DNA of 64,000 nucleotides from Neovahlkampfia damariscottae (taxonomy: Eukaryota), in contig JABLTG010000003.1 of NCBI GenBank assembly GCA_016618085.1, positions 186,001 to 250,000 of the forward strand, written 5' to 3'. The first letter of the stretch is position 1. Each line of letters begins with the position of its first letter. The position numbers and the translations under genes were made by a program. Below, piece by piece: positions 14,340-24,752 of the stretch. The notes beneath the pieces were generated by a model that was not told the origin of the DNA, searched no databases, and worked only from the letters and a program-made list of their open reading frames with translations.

Positions 14340-14794
14340 AATTTTGTATTAGAAAATGGATCATTTAATGAAAATTAATTTCTTTGAATTCGAAATATAA
14401 CTAATAATTCGAAATAAAAAAGCTGACAACACTCCTTCCAGTACAAAAAGAAGGTAAGTTGGAGGGCTAAGGTGTTTACTTTTAATTCTTTGTGTGTGTG
14501 GAAGGAAGATCTCCAGAAAGCCTTCTTGAACACTCTGTTGTTAATGAACATTAAATACCAATCAGCGATACAAATGAAAAAATTAAGGTTGAAATTTTGA
14601 AACTTCAAAAAAAATAAATTCCAACAGGGAAGTCTGAACAAATTTTAATGTCAAATCAACATGCAGTGTTGGTAAATTATCAACATCATGAATCCCACAT
14701 TTTGAATTTCTCTTTCTTTTGGTGACATTCACCGAGAAATATTCCTAAAGTCGAGGTCAAAAATTGAAAGATTACACAATCATTTGCCATTTCT

Positions 14795-14802
14795 AAAAAA
14801 AA
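14795..14802 (-). terminator. Pol III oligo-T terminator of 5S copy 1
   Basis: T8 run directly after the 5S 3' end on the minus strand. Confidence 0.8.
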
Positions 14803-14920
14803 GCTTACAACACTCCCGGTTCCCAGGTGGTCTCCCACCCTAGTACTAGGAGAGCCTGTAGGAGCTTAACTTCGCAAATCGGACGGGATGCGGTGTATTC
14901 TCCTAAGTATGGCCGTAAGC
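14802..14920 (-). rRNA. 5S rRNA, copy 1
   Basis: Minus strand reads GCTTACGGCCATAC...CCCGTCCGATTTGCGAAGTTAAGC...CTAGTACTAGGGTGGGAGACCACCTGGGAAC...GTTGTAAGC. It is about 119 nt, the ends pair as helix I, and it is GC-rich against the background. Confidence 0.97.
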
Positions 14921-15208
14921 GAAAGTTATTAATGACAATTGAAAGTCATAAACTAAAACTTTGTTTCAATATTTTTTGTGCAATCTTTTTTCACAGTTCG
15001 TTTATTTTCGTTTATGAAAGCATGAGCAGTTTTTTTGAACATGCTGCTTTATATAAATCATAAACAGAAGTTATGAGGAATCAAAACTTTTTTATTTTTT
15101 CATCAGTTGAGAAATAACTTGATTGGTGAAGAAAAACTCAACGTTCACTCAATATGATTGATTGATTTTTCAACGTTGTTTAAAAAATTTTTCGAGATCT
15201 TTTCAACA

Positions 15209-16597
15209 ATGAATGAAGAATATCAACTTTTAATTCCAGAAGGAGAATATAACTTTCTTCAAATATCTTCCAAGAACAAAAAAACCATCAGTAAAATAAC
15301 TTTTTTTATTGATTTATTTAAATTTAGAAACTAACATTTTAAAACTTACCTCAATGTCCACATTATTAACAGCTTCATCAGTTACAATTTTATTATTTGG
15401 TATTTCTCTCATTTTGCTCACTTTATTTGTTTTAATTGCATTCATTGGTCATATTAACAATATTGTCAGGATTTTAGTTTCAAGTATATTAGTTACAATA
15501 TTCATTGTTGAATTTTTACTATTGTTTTCACTTGGATTTATTTCTTCATTTTCATGTTGTTGTCATAAATTCAGAATATTCAATTCAATTATGGTATGAA
15601 TGAATTATTTAACAATATACATAGTTTTCTATTTTAAATCAAGTATTTAATGTGATCAATTTTCTTGCAATGTTCATAATGTAAATTTTATCATTTGATT
15701 TATCAAAATTAGTTTTGGTATTGGGATTGTGTTAATAATTGAAAATAGCACATTTGAATACACTTTTGGGATATTTCTAATTATAGCAGCACCAATAATG
15801 ATAATTTTATTTTGCATCATTTTCGTAAGTTGTTAGTTTGTTCAATTCTTAGATTTCCTCTTCATTTGTCGGAATTTTAGATGCATACGTAATTAATAAG
15901 ATAAAAGATAATCTCATTGTCAAACCAATATATCAATATGTCAACATAAGTTCAATTGTATTTTGTTTATCAATGTTTGTATTTTTAATTTTTGGAACTG
16001 GATTATTCTTAATTTGTGGATCTATTGGTGGTATAATTATCTATGTTTATACAGCATTTTCGACTTACGTAATGGTTGAACCTGTATTTGCAGCATCATT
16101 ACTATTTTTATTTTCATTTATTGGATTGACTTTCATTTGTTTAGGAGCACAAGGATTTGGATCTGCAATTTCTTGCTTTTTACCATCATTGAAAGCAGTC
16201 AATTCAATTATCGTATTTAATTTTGTATCTGATCGTTTTTAATAGTTTTCGTTTTTGAATATTGTTTACTTTATCAGTAATTCGATTATATTTGCAACTT
16301 GGTAAAAACAAATGATTTAAAATAATCAGTCTTACAGTTTTTATTCTTTGGGCTGGCAATTCACAAAATGATACACCAAGAGGGGATTATTATTATTGTT
16401 ATTTGTTTTTATTGTTTATTCCTGTTTTGGGTTTTATTAATGTAAAATTGAATTATTTTAAAGACTAGTTTATTTGTTGTTCTTTTGGAATTGCTGATTC
16501 AATCACAATCTATATCAAAATGAAAAAAAATAATGGAGAAATTGGGAAAAAAGATGAAAATATGGAAAATGAAATGAATGTCAATAAAGAAGAATAA
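15209..16597 (+). CDS. unknown multi-pass membrane protein, internally duplicated (about 2x4 TM), 8 exons
   Basis: Seven GT-AG micro-introns give an intact frame from ATG 15209 to TAA 16595-16597, with hydrophobic segments throughout. Confidence 0.75.
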
Positions 16598-16762
16598 AAA
16601 TTCAATTCAATTTGATGACTCAATTGAATCAAAATATCTTCTTCCACCTTTAAATCTGACCAAACATGGTTTCATTGATAGATTGAACAATGTCAAAAAA
16701 CATAGTAAGCTCTCGAAACAAATTGAAAAATAACAAATTGAGCAGTAAATTGAAAAATAAAA

Positions 16763-16881
16763 AGCTTACAACACTCCCGGTTCCCAGGTGGTCTCCCACC
16801 CTAGTACTAGGAGAGCCTGTAGGAGCTTAACTTCGCAAATCGGACGGGATGCGGTGTATTCTCCTAAGTATGGCCGTAAGC
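16763..16881 (-). rRNA. 5S rRNA, copy 2
   Basis: Identical to copy 1 at an offset of 1961 nt, followed by TTTTTATTTTT on the minus strand. Confidence 0.97.
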
Positions 16882-17092
16882 AAAGGTAGTAAACTATAAT
16901 TGAAACGCATTCCAAACTAAAACCTGTTTCAACATTTTTTTTTGAAGTTTTTGCAGGATTGTGCAATGCAATTCACAGTTTGTTTTTTCTTTTCTAATTT
17001 GAGGTATGATAGAGCTCAAAAGAAATTGGTTGGAAAAAACAATGGTCAAAGGTTTTTTCACATCTGGAGGGAAAACTATTGATTGGTTGAAA

Positions 17093-19954
17093 ATGACGTT
17101 AGTTTGGAAAACAGTTATTCTGTTTACATTGTCAACTGTACTGATAGATGTCTCTGTAGCTCAGATATGTTCATCATTCACTGAATGTAATGGTTGTGCG
17201 ACGAATTCATGTCGCAAATAATTCACCAAAATTAATGTTTTTACTAGAATGGTGTACTTTCACTCAAAGTGGTACAAATACAACAGAAATATGCAAAAAA
17301 TATGAAACATTTTTAAATGCTCCATTTGGAATTGCAGCTGTAACTTTTAATCAACCACAACTTTCAAACAGAACATGTGTGACAAATGTATCTTCATCAA
17401 TCAATTGTCCTTTAGTCAAAAGTAATTTTGGTTATTTATTTTTATAATATAGTAAAGTTAGTTAGAGATTATGGCTCAAGAGCTGTTAATCTTATTCGAC
17501 CAATCAGTAGTCAACCATTTTTGCAAATGCTGAATTCAAATGGTATTAAAATCTTCACAATTGGAACATATTTTCATCGAAGACAAGGTAGAAGAACTGA
17601 AAAAGTTCTATCAAGACATGGTTACTATTTCAGCATTTTAATTTTTTATGAAAATTTTCTGAAGGCAAATCTGAACACAACTGATATCCGTTTCACCGAT
17701 TTAACAGCAATGGGTAACGGAAATGGATATAAAATTGGATTTTTGCTTCAATATCAAGATCCGGTTTCAAAAAACACTTTTTGTGATACCATTAACTCAA
17801 ACACCGAACTGACCATTTTAGATAGTGTTTCTGTAATTTATACAAATCCAATGACTTGGATTGGATTTTCAATATTAATAATATCAATCTTCGTTTTGAC
17901 TTTTGTTCCACTGATTTGTAAATTCAAAGATTCTCCAAAAGGAAGAAGTCTATATTTCAGGTGCGGTAAATCATTGAGAAATATCATTGGATATGATCAT
18001 GAAATGTACTTTTATTATTCATGTTTTATACTGGTTGCAATGATTATTGTGTTATTTCTTGCACCTGCTGTTCTGATTCCAACTGATCTGCTTGGGAAAA
18101 AATGACTTCAAATTGACTGATGATTTAGCTTCGATTTCACTATCTTCAACTAATTTAGATTCATTTATTGAAACACTTCCTCATCATGTTATCAATTTAT
18201 TCAATTATTTGTTTCTAATGTTTATCACTATTTGTTTGTTTGGTTATTCATGCATTTTTTCAAATCAAAATAGATATACAATACAAATCAATAAAGTTCC
18301 GAAGGAATTAACAGAAGACATTATGAAAAACATATTGGAAAAGGAATATGGTGAAAATTCAGTCAAAGAAGTGTGTAAACTTTATGATGAAAAAAAGACA
18401 ACCAAAAAATACCAAAAAGCTGTTGAGATTTCGAATCAATTGGTAAAAACCATATCTTCCTTTCTCACAAAAAGATGAAAAATTACAATTGAAGAAGGAA
18501 AAACTCCTTAAGAATTTTGAAAAAACGAAACAAGAAATATTGGAAGCACAACAAAACGCAAAAGATTTTGAAACAAGTTTTATCACATTTTCCAATTCAA
18601 AATACGTCGATCAGAGTACCAAAGGTCTCCCTTCAGGATTAGAATTCTTCAAAGCAAATTCTGTTTCATTTTTTTCAGATGAAATTATTTGGGAGAACTA
18701 CAGAAAAAGTTGGATTGAAATAGCAATCAGAACATCGATATCATGGAGTATTACTGTTGTTTTCTTGTTGATTTTATTCGGAATCACAGCACTTGCCTTT
18801 ACAATACAATATGTACGAAAAATTATACTGACCTATTTTTTCATAGGCCTTTATATTCTATGAAACTTTGCTTACTCAAGCACTTGGTTTCGAGCTATTC
18901 AAAATCACAAGAGAAACTGAATTTGTCACCAGTCTTGTTGGAGTTGTTGTAAATCTCATCCTGGTAATATTTTTGGTTGCCATGGATGCGTCCATTATCT
19001 TTTTGGATATTTTGACCAATTTAGAAGGACATAAATCGAGATTGTTCAAAAATATTTCGTTAACTTTGAAATATTGCTTTTTTTCATGTATTGTCTATTG
19101 GATTTCAACACTTTTGTTATCTTTTAATTTACTAACTGCTGCAATAGTATCAGGAGGAAAACTGTCTTTCAATTTTACATATGAAGAAAGTTTAGTATTT
19201 GCATACAATTATTTGGGAGTAGTTTTTTCAGTTTTTTGTCAAGAGGAATCATTTCCAAAGGATATGCAGTTGTAAAAGTACTTGTTATTTACTCTATCAA
19301 ACTTATTTTTTCACTTATCAAAAACAGAAACATTGAAATTGAAAAAAATGAATTCCTAATTGGTAAATTCTTGTGAATTCTATTAACCAATTATTTCACA
19401 GCTGAATATTTTTCAAAGAGTACGATATTTTTTATGATGGCATTATCTTACGTTCATATGCTACCCATATCAATTGTTATTTCACTGATGTATTTTATTT
19501 TGGATGCGTTTTTGAGAAGATTTCAAATGATTTATCTTTTTAAAAAAGGGTCAAATGAGTAAGTCAGAAAAAGAAATATTTACATTTTAAGTGATCACTC
19601 ATTCAAAATATTACCTATATTATTCGGAATATTCTCATTTGGTTTGATTGTTGTTGGTTTTCTGTTGTCAATCGATTCACCCTTTTTTCAAAAGAATATT
19701 CTCGTTTTAAATTTGGTGTACATGCTTATTTTCATTCTTGGGATTCTTTCAGTTCATTCTTTACACTTTTTTTCATTGGAGGTGTGTGCTTTAAATGGGT
19801 CAGTTTCATCAAAAATTTAATTGGAATCAAAAAATCCTCAGAAAATACACAGGATACTTCTTTCATGAAAATAGAAAAACGTTTGTACAAGAATTTGGAT
19901 TTTGGATCTCATAATGTGGAATTGAATGACTTAAGGAATACCATAGCACAGTGA
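17093..19954 (+). CDS. OSCA/TMEM63(CSC1)-like channel with N-terminal signal peptide and PSI-like domain; frameshifted (pseudogene or sequence errors)
   Basis: RYTIQINKVP, SFITF, DEIIWENY, LTNLEGHKS and ALSYVHMLP resemble OSCA motifs. N-terminal C..C..C...CQWC..C. Several 1-nt frame breaks. Confidence 0.6.
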
Positions 19955-20366
19955 ACAATCTATCAAATAAAGTGTCAAAAAATATCAAATAAAAGATCTA
20001 TTGCAAATTTGGTATTTGTTGTTTCTCTGCACTGGTGTGGTAGTTAGTTTCTTTTGATTTTTCATATTTTTAACATTTCTGTAGTTTTTGGTTTTCTGAT
20101 ACTTGGACTGATGATAATGATACTAAAAGTCTCACAATGTCAAATAGAATAACATAGAGAACAACTTCCAACATAGAAAATGAAAAATTAACTGTAGAAA
20201 TTATGTATTTAAAAAATAAATATGCTGAGTTTGAAGACCCAGAAGAACAAATGGATGTAGTTTCAACCAGAAGGCAAGAAAACAAACAAATAACCTACCA
20301 ATCGGAATTTTTCATCGGAATTTGAAAAAAGAACAGGAAAAAGAACGAACAAAAAAATTTGTGAAT

Positions 20367-20930
20367 ATGTATCAAGAAGACGAAAGATGGATTGTAAAAG
20401 ACCTTGGAAATGATGGTAGAAATGTGAATAACTGGCATTGGGTAACTCAAAAAGATAAAAAAGTTAAATTTTTTAAAGGAAGAAAAAAACATTTATTCAT
20501 GGACAACATCAACACTTGAATCTCTTTTTGATGGTTTTGAAGTAAAACAAGAAGGAATTAAATTAAAAATTACGAAAGTTGATTCCATCAAAGGAGAATC
20601 TGTCATAACTCAAAGAAAAGGGTAAAAAAAAAAAGAAACTTAAATTTTAGAAAACTGAGAGCTTTTTATGATATAAAAATGGATTTAAAATGGACTATAT
20701 TCTATTTTGAAAAAGAAATCAAAGGAAAATTCATATTACCTGAAATTTCGCAAGAAGAAAAGAAAGGAACTGAAATTGAAATTAAAATAGAATTTGATAA
20801 ACCTTCTGAAGGTGACAATGAAATTAAAAACTTTTTAAAAAAACATGGATTTTTAAATATTCAATCTCAACTTGATTTATTCATCCAAGATATTCAAACA
20901 GGCGCGCATTACAAAAAAGTTGAAAAATAA
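20367..20930 (+). CDS. AHA1: AHA1/Hch1-type Hsp90 activator, N-domain only (3 exons)
   Basis: ERWIV..NVNNWHW|EEKN, QRKGKLRAFYD.K..LKW and GKFILPEIS motifs. Confidence 0.88.
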
Positions 20931-20934
20931 AAAT

Positions 20935-22385
20935 TTATATTAATTTTTTGGATTGTTTTAAAATTTCAAATTCAGAAAAAACTTCGTCTGGTAAAATTAA
21001 ATCACATGTTTTATCTTCGTCAAAATTCTGGAAAATTAAAAATTAAAAAAAAAAACGAACCAATGGTTTGAAGAAACTGTTAACATAATCATCTTTTACA
21101 TCTTCTAATTGTAATTTCCAATTTGGTTTTGTAAATTCATTTCCTTCATTGTTGAATGCTTCCATTCCAATTTTAAAATCTTCTGTGTAGATTAATCTAA
21201 GACTGATTCTGTAATCCATTTTATAAACATCTTGAAGTGATAATTTCTTTGCTTCATTAATTGCTTTTAAAGTTATTTTCAAAGAAAGTGGTGATGCTGC
21301 TTCTAAAGTTTTTAAAGTATTCAATGACCAAGTTGTATTTAAATCTTTTAAAACTTTCATAATATCTTCTACTTTTTGTTTTTGATGAAAAGCTTTTTCA
21401 ATATTTTTTAAATCTCTTGAAAAGGATAATTGAGTATCAACAGTAGCACTTGGATCTAATGCTTGAAGAATAGCTTCATAAGTTGTTCTTTCATTATATT
21501 CAATTTGTGTATTTTCAATAGATTCAAGTGAAAAATAACCACTTTCTAAATTTCCAGAATGTGTCGCAATTCCACAGTTTCTATTAAATTAATTTTTTTT
21601 TTTTTTTTTTTTACATCATATCAGTACTATCAATTTTTGAACCTGTTAATGCTAAAAATGTTCCAACACCAGGATATTTTTTATTAACTTTTGAAAGCAA
21701 AAATAAATTTCCGTTGTCTGGATAAAAACCAAAATAATTTTCAGGAACTGAGAATTCAGAACCATCTGTAACAACAGAATAATCATTAAATGAACCTAAA
21801 GCAGCACCTCCTGAAACTTTCCAAAATTAAAAATATTCTTTGACTTACACATTTGTCCGTTGATAATTGACATTACTGGAGTTGAAATTTGTGAAATATA
21901 AAAAGATAATTTATACATTTCTCTGAATAATTCAATAGGTAAAAACTCATCTCCTTTTTGAACAGCGTTAAAAATTTCGAAAATATCAATTCCATGTGAA
22001 AAACTTTTAGTTCCTGATCCTCTTAAAATAATTAAACGTGTTAATGGAACATTATTCAATTTTTCAATTTCTTTTTTTAAGGCTCTGGCTCCTTTCAAAT
22101 TTATTCTATTAAAGTTTCCAGGATTGTTTATATGTAATACACTACCATGTGCTTTTTTATTTTTTAACACAAAACCCTGTTTTTTAATTTATTTTTTTTT
22201 TACATATTTATCTGTTGGCTTTCCTGAAAATGAGTACTGATCTCCGAGTGGTGCAAAAGTTGGTTTTTTTTTACTTTGTTTGACCATGACCTTGTTTTGT
22301 TTAATTTTTTTTTATTTTTTTTTACTGTTGTGTTAGAAACATTTCTGGTTTGGAGTGGAATAATTTTTTTCAAATTTTTGAACAT
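20935..22385 (-). CDS. 3-hydroxyisobutyryl-CoA hydrolase-like (HIBCH/mS47 family), probably mitochondrial
   Basis: Crotonase fold motifs VPE..FGFYPD.G, FLALTG, SPLSLKITL, DF..G and KPNWK, with a basic N-terminal presequence. Confidence 0.8.
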
Positions 22386-22775
22386 TTGTTCTGCTACGAA
22401 AATTGAAGTAAAAAATTATTGGTCAATTTCATCAGAAGAATTTTTTTATTTTTTTCATTTTGAGGGAAGAGTGAATTCATCAACCAGAGATGAATTTTAA
22501 TAAAAAAAAATGAATAATTCTGTCTTAAAATAATTATTCGTTGAATTTTTTCGGTTAATATTTCGTTGATATTCAGAGTGATTATTTTTTTATAAAATAC
22601 GAGAAAAACAAATAATTTCTTGAAACTTAAAAAAATCTACATACATCACGTCATTCTCGTCAAAATGGAACAAAATTATTGGTGCACATTGTCCAATGAA
22701 AATATCTCCAAAAACTTATAAAATACAGCTGATTGGTCAAATTAAACTCATCAAAAAACATCACAAAAACAAAAC

Positions 22776-23153
22776 ATGGGTTGGCAAGACTACGTCGATA
22801 ATTTAGTTAAATCTGGAAAATGTACACAAGCGTTATTATGCGGTCACGATGGTACAGTCTGGGTTCAAACAGCAAACTTTATGTTACAAGGTGAACTTCC
22901 AAAACTTTTAGGTGGATACAAAGACCCTAACTCAATTAGAGCTACATCACCAAAAGTTGGAGGAAAAAAATGCATCATTGTTAAATGTGACGAAAGATCA
23001 ATCTACGGAAAAGCTGAAGGTGATAACGGTGTCTGTGTTGTTAAAACAACTCAAGCTGTTATTGTTGCTTGGTACGAAAAACCAATTAAAGGAGGTGAAT
23101 GTAACGCTGAAGTTGAAAGAATCGCTGACTTTTTAATCGATCAAGGATATTAA
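22776..23153 (+). CDS. profilin
   Basis: MGWQDYVDNL..CGHDGTVW..ERSIYGK..VKTTQAVIVA..VERIADFLIDQGY. Confidence 0.97.
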   Translation: MGWQDYVDNLVKSGKCTQALLCGHDGTVWVQTANFMLQGELPKLLGGYKDPNSIRATSPKVGGKKCIIVKCDERSIYGKAEGDNGVCVVKTTQAVIVAWYEKPIKGGECNAEVERIADFLIDQGY

Positions 23154-23249
23154 ATAAAAAATTTTTTTCCAAAAAACAAAATGGTTGTTTGCTCTTTTGT
23201 TCTGTAAAATAATCTGTTCGGATCGTTGATAGAATAGGAATTCAAACTT

Positions 23250-24597
23250 TTATTTCAAGTTCCAATAAATGTCACAAAAAAGTGTGAAAACCAAAATGAT
23301 GCAAAATACCATGATGGCAGGTTGAAATAAATGGAAACAACCACAACAACAAATACGAAAAAAATCCTCTTCTTCTTCAATATTTCCAGCCATCAACAAA
23401 TCATCGTTTTTTTTAACTTCATTCAAATCATTTCCACCCCAAAAATTAAAATTTTGATATCTAAACTTCAATGACAAAGGTAAATACACCAACAAAGACA
23501 TCAATGTACAAAAACCATACCAAATATAAATATAAGTTTGATTTGGTGTCCTACAAGAATCATAATGAACTTTATGATGAATTTTTCCATTTTTTTTGAA
23601 TTTTATTAAATTCAACATGCCAAAACTAGGTCTAATATTACCTATGTTCTGTTAATTTTTAGATTTATTTACCTTGAAGCCAACTATTTTTTTAATGTTA
23701 AATTTTTTTTCTTCACCTAAATGTTCCGACTGTGTTTTCAATTACTTTATCATTTTTATGTAAATGTTCACATGGTTCATGGTCATCACCACTGAAGATC
23801 CTAATCGGTTTAATTTTATCTAAAACCAATCTTGAAGTCAATTGTGTCAACAAATTTTGATAATCATAACCAAATCCTTGAGTTAATGGTCTTGAACGAT
23901 ATTCTCTTCCACATTCTTTTGAATTTTCTCTGTATAATGGAATATGAGTGAATAAGATTCTTGGATTCGTCTCATTCTTCTTTTCAAATGAGTTGATAAA
24001 ATTCCAAGCATCTGTATGATGTGGTTCTTGTGATCCACGTTCTAAATATTCACTATTTATCATAATTAATTCAAAATCACCGATTTTAATCGAATAATTC
24101 AATTTTCCAAAAGTTTTCTTATAACGTTCAATGTGTAAATTGTTTAAAGTTGAAAGACCGATATCATGATTTCCAGGAATATAAAATTTCTTTTTTCTTG
24201 TTTTAAATATGTTGTTGAATCTTTGATTCTCTTCTTCAAATTCAATATCATTTTCATATCTTCCAGAATCAGTCATATCTCCAAGAAAAATAAATGAAGA
24301 AAATTCGTTTTTAAATTTTGAGTTTAAACTTTTGAAACTCTTTTTCATATAAATATCAGATAAAAATTGAACAAATAATAGATTAAAAGAGTTTTTTGAG
24401 ATGAATTTGTAACTGTTTAAATCCGTTAATTGTGGGTCTGAAATAATGATGAGTTTATGTATTTCGACAGTATTTTTTGTTGTTTTTGAGAAGTTACAGA
24501 ATGATACATACAGTGGTGTTATGAGTATTTCAAAGAATAGTAAATTTAAAATCCAAAATGAAACCACACAAATGGTCAGCGTTTTTTGATTGTTCAT
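23250..24597 (-). CDS. MPPE1/PGAP5/Cdc1-family metallophosphoesterase
   Basis: SDPQL, FLGDMTDSG, PGNHDIG, ILFTHIPL and FSGDDH motifs. An 11-nt exon (23673-23683) gives FSWLQG. Confidence 0.88.
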
Positions 24598-24752
24598 TTC
24601 TATTGGTGCAAAAGAAGATTCAAGTTAAATCATTGAAAAGAATAGTAAAGTCAATGTGGAAAGTTCTAAAGTGTATCATTGGTCACTCCATGCATTCAAT
24701 ACCAATTTTATACATTCCAATTGGTTTGATTGGTTAACCAAAATTAGTTGGA

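Noticed and set aside
14827..15063. ORFs overlapping the 5S genes (also 16766-16966)
   Set aside because: They are chance translations of 5S rDNA.
16720..16760. 14-nt direct repeat AAATTGAAAAATAA downstream of 5S copy 2 as a target-site duplication
   Set aside because: Both copies are on the same side of the gene and are low complexity; at most they are backup T-run terminators.
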